64,000 nt of DNA from Octopus sinensis (GCF_006345805.1 NC_042998.1:131440001-131504000); one strand, 5' to 3'. Counted from the stretch's first letter, positions 27,245 through 40,045 are shown. The notes: generated from the letters alone by a model not told the origin. A program made the numbers and translations.

Positions 27245-28473
27245 GTGATAATGGCCAATGTGTTTATCGCTTCGGTCAGTACCTACCACCTAACCGTCGT
27301 GCCCTGTCCGGATTCGTGGTTGATCAGGTTGGAGAAACAGCTCTTTCGCTTTTTGTGGAAGGGCAGGTCACCACTTGTGAAACGCTCTGTCTGCTGTCAA
27401 AAACCTTTAAAGGGAGGTTTAGGGATCCTTGGTTAATGATGCGCAGACATGCGTTAAGGTTGAGGCACCTCTGGATTCTCCTGGATAGTGAACGGGTGTG
27501 GTCCCCGCTGGCCAGACAAATGTTCCCTGAGTTCAAAAGTTTTTGCGAACAGGAAGCCTGGTGTTCTCGTAGACCGAGGTTGAGTGAGTGGCATAAAGAG
27601 TGCCGTAAGGCCCTCTTGCTATTCCGGCGCTCGGGCAACGCCAGTGGTGGGGGTTCCACACGTATTTTATATAGTGGGTTGGTAGAGTCAGAATGCGAGG
27701 ATGGCCTGGGGTCGACTCTAGGTCTCGGATTTATTCAACTGGACAGCCTGTTTCACCGTTCAATCGGGTTGAGAACGTTGGACAACTTCCAAAAGTCCTT
27801 AACCTGGTCCGTTTGGGATAAGCTCGCAAGACATGGTAAACGTCAGTCGCCGACCTGTCCAAGATGTGGTGGGTACAGGGAAACCGTCCCTCACGCTATT
27901 GTTCAGTGTCCGGAGATAACTGAAATGTGGGCTTATGCTGAACACCTGTTGTCCGGCGAAGGAAGAATACAGCTGTCGACTGAGTCAATTATAAAAATTG
28001 ACCCACCGGGAGTTCTAACGAACGAAGGTAAGAATTGTTTTCTCACGGTTGTAGCAATAGCAAAAGAGGCAGTATAAAAGGAATTAAGACAAGCAACTTT
28101 ATCTCTGGTCAGAATTTACGATCTTTTTTTCTTTTCATTTGAAAAGGAAGCTGTGACTGGAGAAGAGGTGTCTGTCGGAGTGTACGTTCCAAAAGAGATG
28201 GAAGCATGTTGCACGAGTGTTGTGCGTGCAAGGAACCGTGTGAATAGACGGAAAAAAAAGAGACCAGCGGTAGATCGGGGCTTGTGGGGTCGGAGCGTGG
28301 CCTGGTCATCGCTTCATTTGTATTGTTTCTGTATTGTTAATTCTATTCGATTTTTTACATATTGTATTTAAATTTTTAAAGTCACATTATATGTAAAATC
28401 ATATCGCTTCACTGATCCCATCAGTTGTTCTATCCGTTTCTATCTTTGGCCCCTGGTGGGCAATAAAGAAATT
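27245..28473 (+). mobile_element. 5'-truncated L1/Tx1-like LINE (LINE-A): RT C-terminus, zinc knuckle and 3' UTR; pseudogenised
   Basis: LEKQLFRFLWKG..VKRSVCCQKPLKGGLG, then after a frameshift TLDNFQKSLTW..CPRCGGYRETVPHAIVQC (CCHC, zf-RVT type). Has stops and frameshifts. Ends GCCCCTGGTGGGCAATAAAGAAATT. Confidence 0.9.
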
Positions 28474-28657
28474 GGTATTTCGTCTGTCTTTACGTTCTGA
28501 GTTCAAATTCTGCCGAGGTCGACTTTGCCTTTCATCCTTTCGGGGTCGGTTAATTAAGTACCAGTTACGCACTGGGGTTGATGTAATCGACTTAATCCGT
28601 TTGTCTGTCCTTGCTTGTCCTCCCTGTGTTTAGCCTCTTGTGGGTAGTAAAGAAATA
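28474..28657 (+). mobile_element. Headless SINE-B2 module (184 bp) directly downstream of LINE-A
   Basis: Starts at GGTATTTCG; contains B-box and body; ends TTTAGCCTCTTGTGGGTAGTAAAGAAATA. Confidence 0.85.
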
Positions 28658-28904
28658 GATATATGTATGTGTGTGTGTGTGTGTGTGTGTTGTGTGTGTG
28701 TGTGTGTATTGCCCATGCTGGACCGCTGAAATCTACAAGTTTGCTTTTCATTCTCTCTCAGTTTATTTTCTTTTATTCCTTTCTGTTGAAGAGCGTAGAT
28801 TCGAAACGTAAAAGACTTTTTCATTATTCCCAAATGTTAAACTAATACACTTGCTTGTTGTTCATACACCAGTCTACGTCTTTTGTTTTTCTATAAATGT
28901 CAAC

Positions 28905-28996
<92 letters not shown>

Positions 28997-29022
28997 CATA
29001 CATACATACATACATACATACA

Positions 29023-29052
<30 letters not shown>
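28905..29052 (+). repeat. (GATA)n followed by (CATA)n
   Basis: Directly visible. Confidence 0.95.
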
Positions 29053-29053
<1 letters not shown>

Positions 29054-29167
29054 GTACGAGTGTGCAGCGTCTGTGTGTGTGATGGAGAGAGAAGAGAGAA
29101 GATGAGACATGTATAAATGCAAGAAAAAGCGCATGCATGCATATGTACACCGATACATATATCTGTG

Positions 29168-30277
29168 CGGGAGTGAGTAGAAAAGTTCATAGGCTTACGA
29201 TGAAGAAGCAATGTGAAAGCTGTGAAATCTTGCATGCATTATTTTCATCCCTTCTTATTAACAACATATCACTCTTCAAAGGAAACTTCGAATGTAACTA
29301 GTAGCGACTTCTCTTGAAAATGGTCAGAATTTTGCATCGTGATGTTATCATGTACCTTCACATAAAGGCTTAACGCCGAGGACCCAAGGACTGCACGTCT
29401 TGCAACTGCCACCAACGAAAACATTCATCGTGTTCACCACTTAGTAATGGATGTCAGGCGGCGATTCACTATAAACCAAATAGCCAATGCTATTAGCACA
29501 TCGGGTGAGAGAGTTTAGAATATTCTGAACAATGAACTTGGCATGACGAACGTTTCCTCTCGGTGGATGCCACGTCTTCTGACAGTTTATCAAAACCGCA
29601 CCAGATTAATCACGTGACGGAAAAAGTTTGACATTGTTTGAGGCAGTTTCAGCTGACTTCTTTGAACATTTTTTAACCCAGGATATGTGTTGGGACCATC
29701 ACTTTGAACGAGAAACAGAGGGACAATCCAAACTGTGGAAAAACTCCTACTCATCTACTCCACAAAGGGCCAAGGTCGTTCCATCTGCAAAGAAATTGAT
29801 GGCTTAATTCTTTTGGATACAAAAAGTATTGTTTACTGACCACACCATCAGTTGAAAGTACTATACCAGCTTGCAGAAGCAATTACGAAAGGATATCAAA
29901 ACCAAGCACCCAAGAAAAGTGACGAAAAGTGTTTTGTCTCATTAGAACAGTGCTTCAGTTCACAAATACTTCTTTTCAATAGCTGTTGTGCGTGTCTGTG
30001 GCTTTGAACTGGTTGATCAGCCTCCCTGTTCCTGATTTGACACCATCTGATGATCATCTGTCACAGAACATGAAAAAACGCTTCACTGGGAACCAGTGTC
30101 GCAGTGATGATAACGCCGTATCTGCTGTTGATGATCTTTTTTTAGCAACAAAAGAAAAGCTTCTTCACTAATGAGATGAAAGCACTGCAACACCGATAGA
30201 AGCGTGTGGATCGCAAGGGGTACTATGGTGAAAAATAAAGTTCGTTTGTCAGCCTATGAACTTTTCAACCGGCCCTC
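29168..30277 (+). mobile_element. Decayed mariner transposon with internal deletions
   Basis: Degenerate TIRs share GAAAAGTTCATAGGCT (29180-29195, reverse complement at 30251-30266). Fragments read ILNNELGMTNVSSRWMPRLL and ELVDQPPCSPDLTPSDDHL. TA at 30278-30279. Confidence 0.85.
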
Positions 30278-30424
30278 TACATATACGGGTGAGTGCTCAT
30301 CGATATATGTGTGCATGAATATACATACATATGCATGCATATATATGTATATATGTGTGTGTGTGTGTGTTTGAACATATACATTTACGTATACACACGC
30401 GCGCACACACACACACAGAAGTAA

Positions 30425-30487
<63 letters not shown>

Positions 30488-30564
30488 TACATATTATCGC
30501 ATGCATGTATTCATATATACATGTACTCGACTTTATACATCTCTCGCGTGTATACAGCTCTCTG

Positions 30565-30611
<47 letters not shown>

Positions 30612-31388
30612 TCTAGCTATCTCTATACATACACAGACACACGCACGCACACACACACATCACTGTACATCGCTGTCAACCTATCTATTTCTCTATTACC
30701 AATATATCATTATTCTTTTACAATTTGTATGCTTTTGTCTCTGTGAATCTATCTACATGTCCATCTGTTGATCTGTCAAAGACTAATTATTTATTTGATG
30801 CGTAACTATTTAACTCGTATGTAAAATACATATCTATATACACACACATACGCACACAAACACACACATGAAATTAAATAAATGACAAAGGAGCAAAAAG
30901 ATCTGCAATGAAATGCTTTAGCTTACAACTGTTTCTTCTATAAGATTCAGGAAACTTATATGTAGATGATTTCCTAAATAAACTTTAAGGTTCAAGGAAT
31001 ATATAAGGCTCTCAGCTCTGACTGCACTACATTTCGATGCCAAAACTACTGTAAGCTAATGTAGTTCATTGTGTAATTTGTCATTCCTTCGTCTTTCATT
31101 TAATATTGTATTAGGCTCTGTACTCGATTAATGCTTCATTCTGAAACATATGTATATTGAGTTTTACCACCAGGTTATTAATATCGCCTTGTCGATACGA
31201 AAGCACTTCCTTCACGATAGCATGTTAGCACATACACACGCACGCGCGCACACACACTCTCTCACTCACTCTCACTCTCACTCTCACTCTCTCACTCACT
31301 CTCTCTCTTTCACTCTCTCTATCACAAAAACATATATAATATACATATGTGTGTGCGTGTGTGTCTATCCATCTATCTATCTATATAT

Positions 31389-31680
31389 GGCCCAGTAGTT
31401 AGGGCAGCGGACTCGCAGTTGTAGAATTGCGGTTTCGATTCCCAGACCGGGCGTAATGAGTGTTTATTGAGCGAAAACACCTAAAGCTCCACGAGGCTCC
31501 GGCAGGGGGGGTGGCGATCCCTGCTGTACTCTTTCGCCACAATTTTCTCTCACTCTTTCTTCTGTTAGCCTGCTCGCTTAGCCAGCGGGGTGGCGTCCTT
31601 TGAAGGCTAAAACAATGCGAAGCGCATTGTGACCAGCGATGTGTAGCAACATCTGATAGTCTGGTCGGTCACGGTGATAT
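31389..31680 (+). mobile_element. SINE family C copy (tRNA-like head), ending at (TA)n
   Basis: A-box GGCCCAGTAGTTAGG and B-box GGTTTCGATTCCC. Tail ...GCATTGTGACCAGCGATGTGTAGCAACATCTGATAGTCTGGTCGGTCACGGTGATA is homologous to 48531-48804. Confidence 0.85.
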
Positions 31681-31686
31681 ATATAT

Positions 31687-31718
<32 letters not shown>

Positions 31719-32410
31719 ATTTTCTCTCCTTGTTTCTTTCTGTGTTCCTATTTGTGGAAGAGCGTAGGCTCAAAACGCTCAAGACTTTTTCACTTCCCAA
31801 GCGTTTAACTAAGACATCTGTTTGTTGTCTACGCCACCTGATTCGTCTTTCGTTTTTTTGTGAATTCTCCCCTTGTGTGTGTATGTTTGTGTTTGTGCGT
31901 GTATGTATGTATGTATGTAAATATACATATATATATATATATATATATGTAGTAATGTATATATGACAACAGAATGTGGAAGCCCTATAAAAGACGATGT
32001 TACTGTTGTTTTAGCCCCAGGAAAACATCATTTCCAGCTGGTTATCGACACACAGTTTGTGTCCGTATAGCATTTGCAAAGGAAGTCATCGCTCCTATCT
32101 CTAGCCTTACGTGATACTCACAGACCTAGGTTTCTGAATGTTATCCGTCCTCAGTGTACGGATGTATTGCACATACACACACACATATACACACACATAC
32201 ACACACACAAACATATATATATACACACATGAATAATAATGACTATATACATATATACATATAAGTGTGTTTACATGCATAGATGCTTACATATCAACTT
32301 TTTAAAGTACATATATGTGTGTATATGTATGCTTCCATTTGTGCCTGGTATTTTATATACATACATACATACATACATGCATGCATACATACATACATGC
32401 ATACATACAT

Positions 32411-32454
<44 letters not shown>

Positions 32455-32759
32455 TATATACATACATATATATATATAAACATATGCACGTATGTATATG
32501 TTGCTTGTGCTGAACATCACCAATGACTTTGTACTCAACTAGTACCACTACCACCTCAATTACTAATCCTTGCTGCCACCAATACGACCACCTACACCAC
32601 CCCCACCGTCCCGACCGCACCCCGCTACCCCCATACACAAAAGAAGTAATCATTCACCAGAAGAGATTAAAATGTCAGTTTAAACATTAATTCATTACTT
32701 CTTTTAAACCACTGACAAGGCAGTGTAATGTGGTTGGCGTTAGTATTTTTGGTGCTACA

Positions 32760-33480
32760 AGTACTATTGCTGGTGTTGTTGTTGATGCTATTATCGTTGT
32801 CGTCGTCGTAGTCGTTGTTGTTGTTGTTGTTGTTGTTATTGTTGGGGGTGGGGAGGTTGATGGGGGTGGGGTCGTTGTCAGCGCCGTGCTTTTATAATCG
32901 TTGCTGTTTATGGTGTTGGCGTTGATGGCAATGGTGGTGGTGGTGGTGTTGGTGGTGTTGGTGGTGGTGGTGATGGCAATGGTGGTGGTGGTGGTGGTGG
33001 TGGTGGTGGTGGTGACGGCGATGGTATTTGTTTTGTAGTTTGTGTCGTTGGCATTACTGTTGTGGTATCGTTAATGGTATGTTGGTGCCAACAGCTGGTA
33101 TTGTTTATTGGTGTTGGTGTGAAAGTTGGTATTTGTAACGGTGGTGGTGATGATGGCGGATGAAGTTGTGGTTGTGGTTGTGGTGACGGTGGTGGTTGCG
33201 GTTATAGGGGTGGCTGTGGAGATGGTGCTAGCAAAGGTGGTGGTGGTAGTGGTGAAGATAATGGTGACGGCGCTGGTGACGATGGTAGTAGTGATGGTAG
33301 TAGTAATGGTAGCGGCGGTGGCGGTGGTGGTGGTGGTGGTGGTGGTGGTGGTGGTGGTGGTGGTGGTGGTGCTATTGGTGCTAGTGGTGGCGCTGGTGGT
33401 GGTAGTGCAGATGCTGGTGTTGCTGTTGCTGGTGGTGTTAATATTTGTTATGATGATGCTGAAGGTGATATTTATGGTAG
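32760..33480. repeat. GGT/GTT-rich low-complexity trinucleotide region
   Basis: Directly visible; source of the poly-V and poly-T pseudo-ORFs. Confidence 0.9.
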
Positions 33481-33961
33481 TGGTTTTTACAGTCACGGAA
33501 GAAATTGCTGGCTATTATTTGTTGTGTTTGTTACGTGTGATGACAGTATTAGTGGCTTTGGTATCACATCTGGTACTGTTTTGTTCGGTTGGCATTCTAC
33601 ACTTCGTTATTGCTGGTGTGCTAGCATGGTTAGTCGTAAGTGATGGCGACGGCGCTGATATTGGTGTCACATTTGGTATCATTCAGTTGTGTTGACTGGA
33701 AATTTGTTCTAGCCAGTGATATTTGTGGCAATACAGGTAGTAGTAGTAGTATCGTTTAGTGCTAGGTCTGGCATTGTTGGTTTGTTATTTTCGATTTTGA
33801 TTTTGTTGCTGTTGTTGTGGTTTAATCCTAGACCAACTGTGACCAGGTGGATTTATGATCAAAGCCATTGCGTCAATGATTATCCAGTCAGTACTTTTCT
33901 TTTTTTACTTGGTTTTGCTTCTTACATTTCCTTCTCTTTCTTAAAAACAGTAGACTGTAAA

Positions 33962-34395
33962 ATTGGTTTCTAATTTTGGCATAAAGCCAGAAATTTTGAG
34001 GGACGTGGGTAAGGCAATTACATCGACGCCAGTGCTCAACTGTTACTTATTTTATCGACCTCGAAAAGATGAAAGGCAATGTCGACCTCGGAATTTGAAC
34101 TCAGGAGGTAAATATAGACGAAATGCCGCTAAGCATTTTTCCTTAGTGCTAACGGTTCTGCTAGCTCGTTGCTTTATGGGTTTTAAATTTTGGCACAAGA
34201 CCAGCAATTTTGAGGGACGTGAGTAAGTCGATTACATCACCCACCCCAGTGCTCGATTATTACTCATTTTATCAGCCCCGAAAGGATGAAAAGTAAAGTT
34301 AACCTCGACGGAGTTTGAACTCAGGACGTAAGGTCGGATGAAATGCCAGTAAGTGTTTTGTCCGGCGTGCTAACGACTTTGCCAGCTCGCTGCCT
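33962..34395 (-). mobile_element. Two head-to-tail SINE family B copies (33962-34173 and 34176-34395)
   Basis: Each has head, B-box, body and type-1 tail. Confidence 0.85.
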
Positions 34396-34599
34396 ACAGT
34401 AGGCTGTAATATGAGATTATTTGCTTCCTAAAAATCCTAGTGGAGGGCCGGGTAATCACACTTCCTCGTTGTTGTGCTCGCATGTTTAATGTGCTAGCAT
34501 GGTTGATGGTGCTAGTGGCGTTGGTATTCTTGTTATACCTAATATTGTTTAATGATGTTTATACTGTACCTGTTATTGTTGTTATGTTATCAACGGTGC

Positions 34600-35545
34600 T
34601 ATTGCAGTTATTTAACCCTAGGCAAGGCATGAGCCAGCAGAACCATTAGCAAACGCATTTTAGTGTATATTTCATTTTTTTTCTGCGTTATAACGTAGCT
34701 AGGACTACAAACACGACCCAATGTGTGCTTCATTTTTGATGACACTATAGATGTGATTTGAAGAAGATTTGGTTGCCATATTTACCATATCGAGAGACCA
34801 CGTACAGGGTCCCCCGTTGATCCTAACTTTGGTTAGTGATAATGAAGTTATATTTGCTGCCGCTTTGTTGTTGGTAATGTTTAGCGGTGATATTCTTTAG
34901 ATCTGGGTCAACTAGGAGTTAGTAGACTTTTAATCAAAGGTATTCAAAACATTACAATCTTGTTCTTTTTAACTGTATGAAAGACAGCAATGTCTGATGT
35001 TTTCGTTCTTTTTCCAAGACTGTAAGAAGTAATTTGAATCATTTTTGGCTGAGATTTCTAGCAAGTTGAGTAGCCACATAAAGGTTCTTTTAGTATTTAA
35101 GCAACACTTATTTTCTCTTCTTATTGCTTAACCCAACTCAGCGCCGACAAAAATAAAAATCACCTTAGATTAGCATTCGATGTGTAACTATCCCATCAGT
35201 TTTAAGAGGATCACGTGTTACACTATCTGACGTGTCTTTTCTGTATTTAAGACGGTAGGATGTAATTTGAAATAGATTTGGTTATTGTTTCAAGCAGGTG
35301 GGCCGACCACGTACAGTCGCATTCGTTTGTTTCTATTACACCTTGTTGCAACTGTCTAAACCTAAGTCAATTCTAATGAAATGCATCTATGATCAAACTA
35401 TTCCAGCCATGACTATCTCGTCCGTCTAGTGGCACCCAACAATATATCGCTGAATGCGTCCTTCCTTGTTTAAGAATGCGGGGTTGATTTGATGCATATT
35501 TGACTGCTATTTCTGCTATTGGTGTCACATGTGGCTGTTGCTGCA
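34600..35545 (+). repeat. Four degenerate copies of an unclassified ~200-bp dispersed repeat (R200)
   Basis: Shared core GATGTRATTTGA..AGATTTGG.TGCTATTTCTAGCAG..GA.CGACCACGTA at about 34750, 35028, 35259 and 35482. Reverse-strand copies lie at about 60375-60595 and 62475-62645. Confidence 0.6.
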
Positions 35546-35822
35546 TGTACACTTCGGCTAAGTTCGATCCAGAAGAACTATGATCGGACACATCTCAGCC
35601 ATGATAATCATGTTTTAAATGTGTTTACAGCTATATTATCTATGTCTTTCTTTTCTTATTTAAAATAGTCTTTCATATAATATCGGGGAGACTTAGCTAA
35701 AATACCCGCCTGGTGGAGCTACCACGTTCAGTGTCCCTTCGTTTTCTCGCTATAAATGGGTACAGTTTAGCAATGTTAGTGCTACATTGAACATCATTGG
35801 TATTATGGTTAATGGTGGCGGC

Positions 35823-35970
35823 ATCAGGAACATCGGTTTCAAATTTTGGCACAGGGTTAGCAATTTCGAGGCACATGATAAATCGATTACATCGACCACA
35901 GTATTCAACTGGTACCTATTTTATCAATCTCGAAAGGATGAAAAGCAAAGTCGATCTCGGCGGCGGGGTC
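35823..35970 (-). mobile_element. SINE family B 3' part
   Basis: Body and type-1 tail only. Confidence 0.7.
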
Positions 35971-36245
35971 AATATTATTGGTGCTATATCTATTAATGTC
36001 TAATGGTATTGATGCTGCATCTAGCTATGGGTATGTTGGTATTCTTGATGACATTCTTATTACATGTTATATTAGTTTTGCTTAAATCGTAGATCATTTC
36101 TAATCGAACACATGACTAATCAAAGACGTGACAGCCGTGGCTAGCCAATTGTGGCTTCGGACATAAATGTGCAAGATATTATGGAGTGTAGTAAATTTTA
36201 AGCTACGCTTTGGAGGTGCTTTGGCTGTAAACTACTTTTATATAT

Positions 36246-36398
36246 GGGAGTAAGCGTAACTGAGTGGTAAGAACAACCACATGGTTCCAGGTTCAATCCC
36301 ACTGCGTTTTCTATTGTAGCCCCAGACCAACCAAAGCCTTGCGTGTACATTTGATAGACGAAACTGAAAGGAGTCCGTCGTATGCATGTCTTTGTGTC

Positions 36399-36447
<49 letters not shown>

Positions 36448-36707
36448 GTGTATGTGTGTGTGTGTGTGTGTGTCTTTGTGTGTGTGTGTGACTTTGTGTC
36501 TTTGTTTGACCCCCCACCACTGCTTGACAACCGCTGTTGGTGTGTTTACTTCCTCGTAACTTAACGGTTTGCTTAAAGGCACCGATAGCATAAGTATCAG
36601 CATTAAAAAAAGATTACGTACTGATGTATATCCGCTCGACTAAAATGCTTCAAGGCGGTGCACCAGCATGGTCGTAGTCCAGTAACTGAAACGAGTAAAA
36701 GATAAAA
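36246..36707 (+). mobile_element. SINE family A copy with expanded internal (TG)n
   Basis: Head with GGTTCAATCCC B-box, shared body and AACTGAAACGAGTAAAAGATAAAA tail. Confidence 0.8.
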
Positions 36708-38321
36708 TATATTGCATAACATAGTTTCTTTAAATAAAATATTAAATATATTGTTCAAAAAACACTTTCGCATTTATCGATTTGACAGCTAAGCAACAAA
36801 ACCCTCATTAATTAGTTAGGGTACCTGCTAACCGTATGACTGAGCAGCACCATTCACAGTTCTATATATTATATTGTCTGAAGGAAGTGTGAATATTGAT
36901 AAAGCTTGTTCGTCTTATCATTTCTCGTATTACTGGTCGCCACAGGAATGTGGGACCAAATGGCTGCACTGACACTTATTGTTGTTGTTGAAGTTGTTGT
37001 TGTCGTCGTTCTTGTGGTCGTTGCTGGTGTTGTTATTATTGTCATCGCTGTTGTTGCTGTTTCCCTCTTGTTGGTTTTGTTGCTATCGTTGTTGTTGCTG
37101 TTGTAGTTGTCTTCGTCGTCTTTATTATTGTTGTTGTCATTGTTGTTGACTTCGTTACCGTTGTTGTTGTCGTTGTATGTGTGTGTGGATGTATGTGGAT
37201 GTGTGTGCGTGTATGTGTGTGTGTGTGTGTGCGCGTGTGTGTGTGTGTGTGATATACTTTACCTTCATGAAGGTCTACTCAATTAACTCTGACGTGTTAT
37301 ATGTACTTTGTTGTGTAGACTTTTTTTTTTATTTCTGCTAACATTTTCCTCCACCAAAATATATGACCAAATGTTTAGGCTGCTGTTATTGTTGTTACTA
37401 ACACACAACAATAAAAACCATAAACCTAGCCGTCACTCACGAGCGAGTATGATCTATAAGCAAATACCATGCTTTTGCTAATTGGAGTAGGGGATAGATT
37501 GTTGTGAGCAGATATAGACAACTTCCCGACCCTCACACTCTTTGGCCCTGCAGAACATCGAGTATGTTACAGCTTCAAGAAGAAAGTACAGCACCGTCAC
37601 TTAGCTGGTAATCATTTTCTGTTGAATAGATAAGAGTAATGCTAAATAAAGTGCCTTGCTCAAGGATATCATGCACCACCTGGTTCAGAAAAGGAACATA
37701 TGTCCTTCTGACTGGTGATCTACAGGCCATGTGTATTGAAAGTGTATCTAGGCCATACACTTTCACGACAAAAGAAGCGACTACACTTCTTGAATATACT
37801 AAGCCAATGAGGTTAGGAAAATTACATGTTTGCAATATGAAATAGATTATATCTTTATATTCAGTTTTCCTGAATATTACCTTTTAGGAAATCTCTTCCT
37901 GGCGATACCATTGCTCGTAGTATGGGTAGGTGGTGAGGTAAACACGAAACATGAGGAACAAAACGCTAATACATCAATACACGGGTAGCCCGGTGCTCTA
38001 CCTTAAAACTTTCTCACCCATCACCTCCGACGTTGCCAAAAGCCAATCTGCTTTATGACAATACTGAGTGATTATTGTGTCGCCTGTCAAGACTCAACAT
38101 AGGAAACTATGTAAAGTCTTAGGCAAATTTGGAAAGACATGATTTTGACATTGGAATCTTTCAAAACTCTTGTTAACGCTATATTACATTCCTGTCTAAG
38201 GAAGTGAGTGTGTATGCTTGCTTGTATATATATATATATATATATATATGCGTATGTATGTCCGTATTTGTGAGCGCATATATTTATATGTGTGTGTGTA
38301 TGCATAAGCAGACATATATAG

Positions 38322-38366
<45 letters not shown>

Positions 38367-38805
38367 ATATATATATGTAGGCGAGTGCGTCTGCATATGT
38401 AGAAGAGTGCGTTTGTTAAATAAACTGTCTTGTTTGTATGATATATGGCTTGCTTAATACGTTAGTTTGTTTTGTGTTCTCTCCTTCCCTATTTCTCTTT
38501 TTATACCTCTCTTCCTCACCTTCCCTTCCGGCTCTCTGTTTCTATTTCATATGTACTTGCGTGCGTGTGCCTTGTGAGAGGTTGAATGAGGCTGTTTGTG
38601 TGTGCGAGCATCTATATGTGTATTTCGAATCAGTTTAGCGTGTTTGAAGCAAATGTGTTGTGCGGGTACCTGTCTGATATACTTTATTTGCTTTATATGT
38701 AAGGAGTTTATGCATACATCCATATAAATATACATGCAGACCTGCACATACCTATATTGTGGGAATGTATGTACGTATGCATGCATGTATGTATATATTG
38801 TATGC

Positions 38806-38838
<33 letters not shown>

Positions 38839-39059
38839 TGTATGTATGTGTGTATGTATGAATGTATTATATGCATCCTTTGCACATATTTCTATACGCA
38901 TTACACGTCTGTGTATTTTGTCTCCATATGAGGTTTGGCATGTTTGAGATTTATGATGCATACGTGTGTTTGTGAATTTGTGCCTGTTTGCACGTGGATT
39001 TGTGTATTTGTATGTGTGTGTGTGCGTGGGGGGAGAGCGCGTATAAAAATAGTCAAAGT

Positions 39060-39660
39060 ATTCCGTATCGGATCTGCTTCCTGTGGAAGGGATGCCATGC
39101 ACTGATCAAGCTGTCAATCTGCTGCCAAATGCCTTCTGCAAGGCAGACATAGCATTCTATGGTCTGCTCCCAAGCAGCACCATCTGCAGAAATGTTGATG
39201 GTCATTTGATGTGGTCTCCGCTCCCCGTCAAGAAGAGATGGTAAGGCGTGCCTTTCTGTTACTCTCTCACAGAGCTGAGCCAAGATAAACTCTTCAGAAA
39301 TGCAGGTAATCTCAGGCAGGGAATGCCTCAGATGCGCATTGAGGGACGAAACTGTTGGGTACTCATTCGATCGAAATCTGTTATTTGCTGATTTGTGATG
39401 TTTTTCTTACAAAATAAGACAGATCCGTTTATTAATCGAGTGAATCTTGAAACTACTCTGCAGGTTGCTGATAATCGGTAGAGAAGCCGATATTTCTCTG
39501 GTGGCTTTGATGAAAGGTGATGTGTGGTACATGAGGATGAAATGTCTAGAACATTTCCTCTTTGGTTGACCCTCATTGTATTTTTCAAGTACCAGTTGGA
39601 AAATGGGTGAGGTTGGACAGAAAAATCCCTTCCCAGGGAAAATGTCAACAGGTCGATTAT
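39060..39660 (+). mobile_element. Old, internally deleted L1/Tx1-like LINE fragment (LINE-C)
   Basis: ICFLWKGCHALIKLSICCQMP parallels LINE-A FRFLWKGRSPLVKRSVCCQKP. Also MWSPL, CLRCALRDETV and SLVALMKGDVW, in the same order as in LINE-A. Confidence 0.6.
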
Positions 39661-39680
39661 TGTGGCAAATGGAACTGATC

Positions 39681-40045
39681 CTTTCTTTTATCTTTTATTA
39701 GTTTCAGTCATTAGGCTGCGGCCATGCTGGGGCACTGCTTTCAAGTACTTTCAGTCAAATGTATCGACCGCAGTGTTTATATTTTAAAAGCCTGGTACTT
39801 ATTTTATCGGTTTCTTATGCCGAACGAGGATGTAAATACACCACCACCGGTTGTCAAGCGGAGGGAAGGAGAAACACAGCTACAAAGACACGCACATAGA
39901 TATATATACATATATGCGACAAGCTTCTTTCAGTTTTAGTCTATCAAATTCACTCACAAGGCTTTGGTTGAACCGGGGTGCAATGCAGTGTGACTGAACC
40001 CTGAATCATGTGGCTAGGAAGCAAGCTTTTTTATCACACAGCCAC
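39681..40045 (-). mobile_element. SINE family A copy, partly deleted
   Basis: Homologous to 12921-13326 over head, body and tail. Confidence 0.8.

Noticed and set aside
31389-31460. Possible tRNA gene (also SINE heads at 26274, 57508, 41490-41560)
   Set aside because: A and B boxes are present, but I could not fold a full cloverleaf and the sequence continues into a repeated SINE body.
33071-33695. Mucin-like poly-Thr and transmembrane-like poly-Val ORFs
   Set aside because: GGT/GTT low-complexity DNA. The same pattern recurs at 60700-62200 on the other strand.
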